From Candidatus Obscuribacteraceae bacterium (GTDB lineage Bacteria > Cyanobacteriota > Vampirovibrionia > Obscuribacterales > Obscuribacteraceae), in contig JBGAHS010000002.1 in assembly GCA_044226015.1 (NCBI GenBank), forward strand, positions 593,571 through 657,570: 64,000 bases of DNA, in the 5' to 3' direction. Within the stretch, counting starts at the first letter, position 1, and every line of letters starts with the position of its first letter. Under the pieces are notes generated by a model. It saw nothing but the letters and a program-made list of their open reading frames with translations, was not told the origin of the DNA and did not search any database. Below are positions 47,738 to 57,341 of the stretch, in pieces. A program made the position numbers and the translations under genes.

Positions 47738-49954
47738 ATGAACGTAGTATCTAGACGACTCTCACTTACCGTTTGCGCACTAATCAGCTCGCAACAATTT
47801 TTAGCTCCATCTCCAGGCTTAACAGAAACTGTTGCTCCTCCAACTACAAAAAAGGTTCAAAGCTCACAAAATCATTTCGGCTTCGAAATTAATGACCACT
47901 ACAAATGGATGGAAGATGGTTTTAAGAACAAGGAATTTGCTGATTACTTGCGTGAACAAAATGACTACACCAGAGCACTGTTAAATAGTATTGGCCCCCC
48001 AAGACAACAGCTGCTCTCTCGCATTCGCGAACTCGACGCAGCGGTTCCAATAGTCAGGTACTGGCAAAGGGCAAACTCAAAAATTTTCTTTTTTGAGACA
48101 GCTACCGATACATTGAGCACATCATTAATGATGGCGAATGAATCAGGAAAGAATGTGAAATTGGTTCTCGACCCGCGGACTCTAGGCAGGAAGGGACAAC
48201 ATGCCTCCATGGATTATTACGCTCCTTCCCCAGACGGAAAGTATGTTGCCGTCGGCCTCTCACTTGGAGGCTCGGAGAATAGCACCATTTACGTCATCGA
48301 TACAAAAAAACGCGAACTATTGCCTGAGAAATTGACGCGAGCTCAATACGGATATCCTAGCTGGAACGCTGATTCAAATGGATTTTACTATTCACGCTTG
48401 CAAGAACTTCCCGAAAATGCAGGACAAAATGAAATTTATGAAAACGAGAAAGTCTTTTTTCACAAGCTAAAAACTAGTGATGAACAGGACATTCCAGTTT
48501 TTGGCAGCGGAGTCTGTGCAAAGATAGATATACCCAAGTATGGATTTATCGGCGCCGTAGCCGACGTTTCATCCCCATTCATACTTGGATTTCACTCAAC
48601 AGGAACCAGTGACCACCAGATCGTTTTTGTCGCAAGAAAGAGCGAGGAAAAGGCACCTCACTGGACCCAAGTGATCAAGAAGGATGATGAACTAGCAGGC
48701 TCTGGCATATCACTGCACGGCAACAACATGTTTGGACTGTTCGAGAAAGACTCACCAAATAGACAACTAATTTCAATAGACCTGAGTCATCCAGATCTGA
48801 AAAGAACAGTTCTCATTCCGTCCAGTAAACGAGTCTTGTTGGGTGTCTATTGCGCTAAGGATGGGCTTTACGTAACGAGCAGGGACGGTATCAAATACTT
48901 TCTACAGCGCTATCAATACGACAAATTCAATGAAGCGGAAGATATTGAACTTCCGTTCGAAGGCATGCTGACAAACATTGATACCAACTCAGATATGAAC
49001 GGAATTATGTTTCGACTGGAATCATGGACCGAAGCCGGGCAGTCATTTGTCTATGATCCCATCAAACGAAAGATGACAAATACAAAGCTAGTGAAAAAAC
49101 ACCCTGCAGACTTTTCCCAGATAGAAGCTAAAGAGATTCTCGTAGACAGCACTGATGGCGCAAGGGTGCCTGTCACTATAGTGAAGCCCAAGAACCTGCC
49201 GCTGGACGGCCAAAGTCCATGCATCATGGTCGCTTATGGAGCCTATGGCATCTCGATTGAACCAAATTACGACCCTACAATGCTTTCATGGTTAGAGAAA
49301 TCGGGACTCGTTGTAATCGTACATGCAAGAGGTGGCGGCGAACTGGGAGTTGCCTGGCATGAATCAGGCAAAAAGAGCAAGAAGCAACATTCAATAGACG
49401 ACGTCATCTGCACGGCAGAATATCTCATAGCAAACAAATATACATCCCCAGCCAAGCTAACCATCAAGGGCACCAGTGCCGGTGGCATTGTTTGCGGAGG
49501 TGCCATCACTCAACGTCCTGACCTATTCGCTGTAGCAATAGATAATGTTGGAATGACAGATATGATTGGCTTCCAGCAAACACAGGGTGGAGAGGCCAAC
49601 ATACCTGAGTTTGGCGACCTCAAGAAAAAGGACGAGTTCGAAAGCCTGTTCGCCATGAGTGCCTATCACCACATCAAGGACGGCACAAAATATCCTGCTT
49701 TGCTAGGAATTACAGGAGCAAACGACCCAAGAGTGCCCAGCTGGATAATCGCGAAAATGGTGGCACGCATCCGCGAAGCATCAAGCAGCGGCAAGCCGTC
49801 ACTTCTAAGAGTCGATTTCGATGCTGGACATGGCAATGGCTCAAATCGAACTCAACGACAAAAGCAACAGGCTGACGAGCGAAGCTTCATCCTCTGGCAA
49901 ACAGGCGACCCAAATTTTCAGCCAGCAGCTGATGCTTTTGAAGAGAGTCGCTAA
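47738..49954 (+). CDS. Prolyl oligopeptidase (S9A), exported
   Basis: DHYKWME, RGGGELG, GTSAGG nucleophile, NDPRV, AGHG; signal peptide. Confidence 0.92.
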   Translation: MNVVSRRLSLTVCALISSQQFLAPSPGLTETVAPPTTKKVQSSQNHFGFEINDHYKWMEDGFKNKEFADYLREQNDYTRALLNSIGPPRQQLLSRIRELDAAVPIVRYWQRANSKIFFFETATDTLSTSLMMANESGKNVKLVLDPRTLGRKGQHASMDYYAPSPDGKYVAVGLSLGGSENSTIYVIDTKKRELLPEKLTRAQYGYPSWNADSNGFYYSRLQELPENAGQNEIYENEKVFFHKLKTSDEQDIPVFGSGVCAKIDIPKYGFIGAVADVSSPFILGFHSTGTSDHQIVFVARKSEEKAPHWTQVIKKDDELAGSGISLHGNNMFGLFEKDSPNRQLISIDLSHPDLKRTVLIPSSKRVLLGVYCAKDGLYVTSRDGIKYFLQRYQYDKFNEAEDIELPFEGMLTNIDTNSDMNGIMFRLESWTEAGQSFVYDPIKRKMTNTKLVKKHPADFSQIEAKEILVDSTDGARVPVTIVKPKNLPLDGQSPCIMVAYGAYGISIEPNYDPTMLSWLEKSGLVVIVHARGGGELGVAWHESGKKSKKQHSIDDVICTAEYLIANKYTSPAKLTIKGTSAGGIVCGGAITQRPDLFAVAIDNVGMTDMIGFQQTQGGEANIPEFGDLKKKDEFESLFAMSAYHHIKDGTKYPALLGITGANDPRVPSWIIAKMVARIREASSSGKPSLLRVDFDAGHGNGSNRTQRQKQQADERSFILWQTGDPNFQPAADAFEESR

Positions 49955-50006
49955 TAATCCCTTTGACGAACACAAAGAAAGCCAGCAGGGCTTCCGCCGA
50001 CACGGA

Positions 50007-51113
50007 TTAACGCAAATTGCGAGTTTTATAAGTAATAAGCGGCCTCAAGCTCAGAATTACTTTAATAACACCTGCATCCACCAGGTCTTTGACCACTATA
50101 TCAATATTTTTGTAAGCTTCTGGGGCTTCCTCATAAAGCAGTTCTTTATCATCGCAAATCACCCGACTTCCCAGTTCGGTTCTCTGCAGGTCTTCACGGC
50201 TATAGCGCTGCTCTAGCCTTCCTCTACAATCAGCTCTCTTCCACTTGCGCCCTGCACCGTGAGCCAGAGTGGACAGATTGTCATTCTGCGACCCCGTTGC
50301 AATAACAAGATAACTTGAAGCACCTCTCGACCCCGGAATAACCACCGCACCACGATTTGATGGTGCCGCCCCTTTTCGGTGCAACCAGACGTTTCTGTCC
50401 TGCAGTGATGCCGGTTCCAGCAAGTTGTGATGAACGTCCAGGCATTGAGATATCTCAGTACCTATTGCCGACGAGAACCGCTGTGCTATTAATTTCCGAT
50501 TAGCCCGAGCCCAAGATAACGCATCGTTATGCAAGCTCAAGTAACGCTTTGCCGCTGCGCTTGATTCTTCTAACGGACCATTTTTATGTTCAGCAACATG
50601 CTGCCTCAAAATGCTATCGCCAAATCCACGTGACCCGCTGTGAACTAGCAGATACAAGCATTTATCGTCGTAGTCGACTGCAGCTTGCTCATCGAATACT
50701 TCGTGGATCTGCTGCAACTCGGCAAAATGATTGCCACCACCAATAGTTCCTAAGGAACTATCAAACTCAATTGACTGCACACCGTTATCATGTCGAAACT
50801 GCTCACAATCACCGCCCCAGCTATCGTCTAAACCAACGAGCTTCTTGGTCCACTTGTCTAATTTCAATTTCCGCTTTTCTAAATCGGTTTTCCACAAAGC
50901 CATTCCACATCCGATATCATTACCAACCAGGTGTGGATAAAAGAGCCCTTCACTCGCGAAAACGGCACCAATAGGAACATCTTTCCCAGGATGCAAATCT
51001 GGCATTCCGACAGCAGCAAGCATACCTGGCAGCTGAGCTGTCTTTTGCAGTTGCTCAATAGCGAGAGATTCAATCCAATTTTCAGGCGATGCAATTACAC
51101 GCGCAGCTAACAC
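50007..51113 (-). CDS. rtcB: RtcB-family RNA ligase (RtcB2/release-factor-H-coupled type)
   Basis: MPDLHPG, GNDIGCG, GGGNHF, HSGSRG, HHN, HRKGA, IPGSRG, AHGAGR, EEAPEAYK. Confidence 0.9.
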   Translation of the reverse strand: MLAARVIASPENWIESLAIEQLQKTAQLPGMLAAVGMPDLHPGKDVPIGAVFASEGLFYPHLVGNDIGCGMALWKTDLEKRKLKLDKWTKKLVGLDDSWGGDCEQFRHDNGVQSIEFDSSLGTIGGGNHFAELQQIHEVFDEQAAVDYDDKCLYLLVHSGSRGFGDSILRQHVAEHKNGPLEESSAAAKRYLSLHNDALSWARANRKLIAQRFSSAIGTEISQCLDVHHNLLEPASLQDRNVWLHRKGAAPSNRGAVVIPGSRGASSYLVIATGSQNDNLSTLAHGAGRKWKRADCRGRLEQRYSREDLQRTELGSRVICDDKELLYEEAPEAYKNIDIVVKDLVDAGVIKVILSLRPLITYKTRNLR

Positions 51114-51177
51114 GGCAGTTCTAAACTCCGTGAAGAGTATGAATCATAAATATGCATGCAGTTGGGCACGAAACTCT

Positions 51178-52560
51178 CTAATGGGGTAAACCAAAAATGT
51201 AATAGATTAAGCAGAGAGCGGCAAGTAGATATGAACCTGGATGAATTTCTTTTGCCTTGCCCGCTATCAGCTTGAATAAAGGATACAGAATCAACCCAGC
51301 TGTCAGCCCGTTGGCGATGTTATAGCTAAAAATGATTATGATGATTGTTGCAAAAGCAGGTACCGCCTCACTCAAATCTTCCAGATCAATCTTTGAAATC
51401 GACCCAACCATCAATAAGCCCACCGCCATCAATGCGGGAGCATAAGCAAAATTCAATTTCTGGAGTGGCTCAATTAGAGGAATCATAAACAACGACACGG
51501 CAAAGCCTGCGGCAATCACTAGAGCTGCAAGCCCTGTTCTAGCACCCTCTCTGATGCCAGCGGCAGACTCAATAAAGGCACCGCTGGTAGAGCTTCCTAT
51601 AGCCGCACTGAACGTGCAAGACAGAGCATCGACAATCATAGGCTTTTCAATTTCAGGAAAATTGCCGTGTTCATCTAACATCTTTCCTGCAGACCCCACC
51701 CCTACAAGCGTTCCGAGGGTGTCTAAAAAGCCCATCAAGAAAAGAGTCATCAAAATGGGCAAATAAGACAATTTGAGAATTCCAGGAAGATCCATCTTAA
51801 AAGCGATTGCATCGAGAGTATACGCTCCTGTAAATGGCAAAGCAAAAATTGCTTTGGGAGCTGCCCCGAACCCCATGCACACTCCAATAAAAGCAGTTAG
51901 CAAGATACCAATTAAGATAGCTCCGGGAATTCGACGAACCAGAAGAGCGCAAATGAGAACGAACCCAAAGATAGCTAGCAAGACCTGAGGGTCGTGAAAG
52001 TCCCCAATCTTCACAGGAACAGCAGGACCGTTCAGTAGCCCGGTGGCGGTGTTGGTCAATGCTGCAACCGGCATTCCTTTCGCGCCACTAACTACGATAC
52101 CAGTCTCATACAGTCCAATAAAAGTCAGAAACAGCCCTATGCCTGCAGCGAAGCTCTGTTTCATGCTGTAGGATATGGCGCCAGCCAACCATGGTCGAAC
52201 CTTCAGGACTGCCAACAAGAAGAATAGCAATCCGCTAATGAACACCGCCCCTAATCGCTGCTGCCAGCTGATACCCATGGCAGCCAAGCCAAAAGCGATG
52301 AATGCATTTTCCCCCATGTAGGGCGCTACCACCAATGGCAGGTTCGCATACAAAGCCATCAGCAGCGTTCCAAAAATGCAAGTAATTATTGTTGCTATCG
52401 TGGCGGGCTCAACAGGAAATCCGGCGAAACTAAGAATTGCAGGATTCACCACGATGATATAAGCCGTGGTCATGAAGGTAGTAATTCCGCCAACTATCTC
52501 TGACTTTATGGAGCTTCCGCGCTCCTGTATCTTGAAAAACTTCTCCAGCAAATCAGTCAC
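51178..52560 (-). CDS. NCS2/AzgA-family purine permease
   Basis: GGITTFMTTAYIIVVNP, APYMGENAF, FLDTLGTL, IESAAG...GARTGL, YNIANG. Confidence 0.92.
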   Translation of the reverse strand: MTDLLEKFFKIQERGSSIKSEIVGGITTFMTTAYIIVVNPAILSFAGFPVEPATIATIITCIFGTLLMALYANLPLVVAPYMGENAFIAFGLAAMGISWQQRLGAVFISGLLFFLLAVLKVRPWLAGAISYSMKQSFAAGIGLFLTFIGLYETGIVVSGAKGMPVAALTNTATGLLNGPAVPVKIGDFHDPQVLLAIFGFVLICALLVRRIPGAILIGILLTAFIGVCMGFGAAPKAIFALPFTGAYTLDAIAFKMDLPGILKLSYLPILMTLFLMGFLDTLGTLVGVGSAGKMLDEHGNFPEIEKPMIVDALSCTFSAAIGSSTSGAFIESAAGIREGARTGLAALVIAAGFAVSLFMIPLIEPLQKLNFAYAPALMAVGLLMVGSISKIDLEDLSEAVPAFATIIIIIFSYNIANGLTAGLILYPLFKLIAGKAKEIHPGSYLLAALCLIYYIFGLPH

Positions 52561-52563
52561 CGT

Positions 52564-55170
52564 CTAGAGTTTATACTTCCACCAATTCAATCTGACTGAT
52601 GCTGCTGCCAGCAGAACCGCCACAGCAAATAATACCAACCCGAGAGTAAATGAGAAAGGCTCGTATCGGAAACTGACCTTATGGTCTCCCGATGCCAGAC
52701 GAACAGCTCGAAAAGCGAAGTTGGCTCGTCTTATCTCGTTTTTCTGCCCATCCACATACACACTCCAACCTGGATAATAGATGTCAGTTACAACGAGCCA
52801 GCAAGGCGACTTAGTGTTGACGGAGATGGAGAGCGAATCACCAGCATCTTCAAATGAACGGACCTTCTGGTAGACCGGCGGGAGGCAGGTTGAGCTGGCG
52901 TTATCAGCGGCTCCCTTCGCGTCAGCAGCCCCAGACTTTATGGTTCCCCTTGTGCTTTCTTCGGACTCATCAGCTCCCTTGTGGTCTCTTGCACCTGAAT
53001 TGACGTCTTCGCCTTTAGCATCTGACTCGACGGATCCGCCTTTTGCACCCGGCTCGGTTGAGTCGCTGCCTCTAGCATCGGATTCGGCAGCTCCCCCCGC
53101 TTCCTCTATGACCACGTTCTTACTCGGGTCAAAACTCTTCGCCTGTATTAACTGAAGCGCTGCGTCAGCGTTCTTACAAAAGCTTGCGTTCTCAACCAGG
53201 AAAGCCCTGGGCGCAGCATTCTGGTTTTCGAAAATCCAAATATTGTTTTTGCTTTTGTAGAATTCTCTAAATCTTTTGAGATCGCCAGCAGCATCTTCCA
53301 CTGGCTTAAGCGACAAAATGTATTTTACCGAAGCGAGGTCTAGCAAGCGCGAAAGGCGCGTATCGAAAGACTGATTGAACGTATCGGTTTTTGCCCCGCA
53401 TGCGCGGAGAAACTGCAGGAAGCGCTTCGGGAAAAGAGGATTGTGCACAGTCAAAAAGTTGACGCCATAAACTGAATTCGTTGCTGGTCTGAATACATAT
53501 TCACAAGTGGAAATCACTCGAGCAGCCGGGTCTTTCAGCTTATCAATCAGCTCTGTTTGAGGATAAAAGAACTTCGATTGAAGAGGCAAAGACAATTTCG
53601 CAACGCTTGCTTCACTGGTAAAACTCAGACCAATTGCAAAAACACAAAATAATGAAGGAAGCCAACGCTTGAATGAGAACGGTACTTTCTTTCCTAAGCA
53701 TGCAAGCAAAAGTGCGGCACTCGCAAACAAGGCAGCACAAATTGCATCGCGTCTGAGCGCAGACGTATTTAACGCCGTGGTTGGCAACATAGCGTCAAAA
53801 TCTGCGGCTTTCATAAAACTCGAATTGTGTGACACCAGGTCAACAAAAACCAAACCCACAATGGGCACCACACACAGTACCAAGAGGACCCAGCGTTTCT
53901 TCATATCAGTGCAAAGTATAGAACTCAGTACATCAAGACCCCGAGCGGCAAGACACCCAATCAACAACAGCAAAAACGGCAGCGCATAACGTGTAATTAT
54001 TGCAGTAAGCGGAGGTTTGCTAAATAGAATCACCAGAGGACCTACTTGCGAAACCAGAGCGAGACTAAAAACAGTCAAAAGCACAAGCGCAAAATCTTTA
54101 TGTCTATTGATGCTCTCTTTTGAAAGAGCAAAACCAACAAGGGGACAAAGCGCTACGGCAATTATGCCAAGATAGGGACTGGCGCCATTCTGCCCAGGAT
54201 TGAAAAGGTTGAAAAAGATTCCGTTGCACGAAACCGGAGTCGAATAGCTTGGTCCATATTTGTATGACTCACCGTTTAGCAAATATTCGGCGAAAGGAAA
54301 CAATGCCGGAGCCGAAATAGCTATGGTTGTAAGACCAGCGACTAGCAACAATTTGATGAATGAAACAAATGCCTTTGCTTTCGACTCTGACTTAGCCAAA
54401 AGCAATAAAAGCATCAACAAACTCGACAACGCAATTCCAAAAAAAGAGCATTCTGGATGCCCGCTCAAAATTGATACGCCCGACGCCACACCTGCCAGAA
54501 TAGCTGCCCCAAGGGTTGCACGCTCGGCAGCATAAGCGAATGCAAGTGCCGTCAGAGGAAACAAACAGGAAGACGCCCCAAGGTTCATCTCCATGTACCA
54601 GAGATTGTAAGGACAAAATGTATAAACCAGAGCAGCTAGAACTGAGGCAGGACGGCTAGCACCAAGCACTCTAGCGAGGAAGAATGTTGCCAGACCACAA
54701 GCCAATAGTTCGAGAATCAGATACATGTTGTACGTATACAGACTCGGTGCAAAATCAAAAATGAAGCGCAGTGGTGCAAATGCAGAAGATTGAATATCAG
54801 CGATAAATGGATACCCAAGCCCGCTGTGCGGGTTCCATAAAGGCAGTATGCCTTTGCTCAATTTTTGCGCGAGAAAGACATAATCAGGACCAAAGATTTG
54901 AACAAGGGAGGGATCATAGGCCTGCGCCTTTCCTGTCCGCATAAAATCAAAAACCGAATCCCACTCAGCCAAAACACAGAGGCGAGAGATCGACGCAGCT
55001 CGAAAAATCGGCTTAAAGAACGCTAGAACCAGAAATGCAGATATTGAAAAAACCGCCATCAGGTTTCCGTAACGCAGCCAAACGGAATTAGCGGCCACAC
55101 CGCTTTCAGAAATCACATCTTTGAGCTCAGCGACGGGCTCCATGCCTTCAGCAGGTTGAGACGAACTCAT
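52564..55170 (-). CDS. YfhO-family membrane protein (GT-C), paralog of 593-3502
   Basis: LPLWNPHSGLGYPFIAD, SGHPE, DIYYPGWSVYVDG...FRAVRLASGDHKVSFRYEP. Confidence 0.85.
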   Translation of the reverse strand: MSSSQPAEGMEPVAELKDVISESGVAANSVWLRYGNLMAVFSISAFLVLAFFKPIFRAASISRLCVLAEWDSVFDFMRTGKAQAYDPSLVQIFGPDYVFLAQKLSKGILPLWNPHSGLGYPFIADIQSSAFAPLRFIFDFAPSLYTYNMYLILELLACGLATFFLARVLGASRPASVLAALVYTFCPYNLWYMEMNLGASSCLFPLTALAFAYAAERATLGAAILAGVASGVSILSGHPECSFFGIALSSLLMLLLLLAKSESKAKAFVSFIKLLLVAGLTTIAISAPALFPFAEYLLNGESYKYGPSYSTPVSCNGIFFNLFNPGQNGASPYLGIIAVALCPLVGFALSKESINRHKDFALVLLTVFSLALVSQVGPLVILFSKPPLTAIITRYALPFLLLLIGCLAARGLDVLSSILCTDMKKRWVLLVLCVVPIVGLVFVDLVSHNSSFMKAADFDAMLPTTALNTSALRRDAICAALFASAALLLACLGKKVPFSFKRWLPSLFCVFAIGLSFTSEASVAKLSLPLQSKFFYPQTELIDKLKDPAARVISTCEYVFRPATNSVYGVNFLTVHNPLFPKRFLQFLRACGAKTDTFNQSFDTRLSRLLDLASVKYILSLKPVEDAAGDLKRFREFYKSKNNIWIFENQNAAPRAFLVENASFCKNADAALQLIQAKSFDPSKNVVIEEAGGAAESDARGSDSTEPGAKGGSVESDAKGEDVNSGARDHKGADESEESTRGTIKSGAADAKGAADNASSTCLPPVYQKVRSFEDAGDSLSISVNTKSPCWLVVTDIYYPGWSVYVDGQKNEIRRANFAFRAVRLASGDHKVSFRYEPFSFTLGLVLFAVAVLLAAASVRLNWWKYKL

Positions 55171-56213
55171 AGAAGAGATGCGGTTTTTGAACCCTCGGAT
55201 AAATCTGTTTCTGTTGCATCTGCAATTGGTTCAAACTTGTCAAACTGCGCAGAAAGAACCCGGTCATCTTCAGGATAACGAACACCATTTTTGAAGAGTT
55301 CACCCACCAAATATGTTGGACGCGATCTTACTTCGTCGAGCGTTCTCGCCAAATAAACAGCGATGAGTCCCATCGCAACCATCTGAATGCCTGTCAGCAT
55401 GATAAAAGCAGCTAACAACGCAGTGTTGTCCAGTGCAAGCCCGTGACCGATGCCCGCAATCAACCAGCCTAACAAAACTAGAGCACCAAGAGCAACAACA
55501 ACTGCCCCGGCACTGGAAATCAGAAACAGTGGTGCCGAACTCAGAGCCAGCATTCCATCCATTGCCAGTTGAAGGAGTTTCTTCAACGTGTAGGTACTTT
55601 CACCGACTTCACGTGCGCCACGGTCTATCTGAATTCCAATCTGCTTAAAACCGAGCCATGGAATTTGCCCACGCAAATAGCGAGTTTTTTCCGGCAAAGA
55701 ATTCAACGCTGCAACCACACGGCGGTCTACCAGGCGAAAATCGCCAGTGTCGCGAGGAAATTGAACTGACGAGGCAGCTGCCAGCATTCGATAGTATAGA
55801 AATGCGGTAAGACGCTTAAATACTCTGTCTCTGCGGCTTGAGCGCTGAGCGTAGACAACGTCGTAGCCAGCTCTCCAGTACTTCAGCATCTCCGGAATCA
55901 ATTCCGGAGGGTCCTGCAAATCAGAGTCGATATTAACGATTGCTCGTCCATCGGCATGGTCCAACCCAGCTGAGATTGCAGCTTGTTGACCAAAATTCCT
56001 GGACAGTACTACTAGTTTTACGTTCTTTGTTTCAAGAGCAATGCGCTGCAAAGCCTTGCTGGTCTCAGCGCGGCTTCCATCGTTTACAAACACGACCTCA
56101 TAACATATGGCGAGAGGCGCCAGAACCTGACGAAGCCTATCTAGTAATCTGATTAGGTTGTCTGGGTGTTCGTTATAAACAGCCACCACAACAGACAAAT
56201 CGATGTTAGTCAT
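55167..56213 (-). CDS. GT2 polyprenol-phosphate glycosyltransferase (GtrB/CsbB/ArnC-like)
   Basis: VYNE, VNDGS, SRNFGQQAA, IDSDLQDPPE, GDFRLVDR, two C-terminal TMs, RPTY. Start taken at MTNID. Confidence 0.92.
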   Translation of the reverse strand: MTNIDLSVVVAVYNEHPDNLIRLLDRLRQVLAPLAICYEVVFVNDGSRAETSKALQRIALETKNVKLVVLSRNFGQQAAISAGLDHADGRAIVNIDSDLQDPPELIPEMLKYWRAGYDVVYAQRSSRRDRVFKRLTAFLYYRMLAAASSVQFPRDTGDFRLVDRRVVAALNSLPEKTRYLRGQIPWLGFKQIGIQIDRGAREVGESTYTLKKLLQLAMDGMLALSSAPLFLISSAGAVVVALGALVLLGWLIAGIGHGLALDNTALLAAFIMLTGIQMVAMGLIAVYLARTLDEVRSRPTYLVGELFKNGVRYPEDDRVLSAQFDKFEPIADATETDLSEGSKTASLL

Positions 56214-56381
56214 GCAAACCCATTTACTGGACGCCAGTTGATCTCTCAACAACGTTCAAATTGTCCTTCTAAACCTGCTTTGAGGTCAACCTGACAATAG
56301 CTAATCAGTTCACATCTTGATTTGCTTTAAGGCTGCTGACAAGCCCCTGTAACTCCGACTCATAGCCGCTTAAAGGCATGC

Positions 56382-57314
56382 TTAGTTCTTACTAACCTTA
56401 CAAAGCCAATCCCAAGTTTTTCTAATCCCATGCTCTAAATTTATTTCAGGTTTCCAGTTAAGACACTTTTTGGCTCGGCTTATATCAAGCACATTGGCTG
56501 GAACGTCCGCAGAGCGGGCGGGATGGTGGACGACCTCAAGTTCTCGACCTACGGCGGCTCTGATTGCCCGCACAATTTCGTTCAATGACTGTCCACCGCC
56601 AGACCCAATATTGAACACGCGCGGCTCTTTCTCGTCGGGACAATACTCTGCAGCTTTCACAAGCGCTTCGGCAGCATCACCTATATATATGTAGTCGCGG
56701 ATGACTTCTCCGTCACCCCAGATTGTTATCGGCTTGTTTTGCAGCACGTTCCCCAAAAACACAGCAATTGCGCCCTGCTTTGCCTGAGGATTTTGCAATT
56801 CGCCATAAGGGTTGGCAAGACGTGCAACCACATAATCGAGATTATGCAAATGATGGTAGAGATGCAAGTATTTCTCGATAGTCAGTTTCGTAATGCCATA
56901 TGAGCAGATTGGCTCTGTTGGATGGTCTTCATCAATAGGCAAGGTCTGTGGCACACCATATACGGTGCCACCAGAACTTATAAACACCACTTTCTTGACG
57001 CTAAACTTGCGACAAGCTTCAAGCAGCTGCAGAGTATCAATAATGTTGGAGCGAACGTCGAACATCGGGTCTTCATTCGAAGTGGCTGGCAGAGTTGTAT
57101 AGGCGAGGTGGAAGATCCAATCGATGCCCTTCACAGCCTCTTCGACTTCACCATGATTTGCGAAATCACCATAGATGTAGTTGATGCGAGGGTCAGCTTC
57201 ACGATATCTACTTGGATATCGGTCAAAGCTGGTCACCTTATGCCCGCTTCGAAGCAATGCATCTGCCAAATTGCTTCCGATGAAACCATTACCGCCGATG
57301 ATTAGCGCTTTCAT
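56382..57314 (-). CDS. NAD-dependent epimerase/dehydratase
   Basis: GGNGFIG, SSGGTVYG, YGITK, GDGEVIRDYIY. Confidence 0.93.
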   Translation of the reverse strand: MKALIIGGNGFIGSNLADALLRSGHKVTSFDRYPSRYREADPRINYIYGDFANHGEVEEAVKGIDWIFHLAYTTLPATSNEDPMFDVRSNIIDTLQLLEACRKFSVKKVVFISSGGTVYGVPQTLPIDEDHPTEPICSYGITKLTIEKYLHLYHHLHNLDYVVARLANPYGELQNPQAKQGAIAVFLGNVLQNKPITIWGDGEVIRDYIYIGDAAEALVKAAEYCPDEKEPRVFNIGSGGGQSLNEIVRAIRAAVGRELEVVHHPARSADVPANVLDISRAKKCLNWKPEINLEHGIRKTWDWLCKVSKN

Positions 57315-57341
57315 TTTTACATCCGTTTCTTGCTGGCTTGA

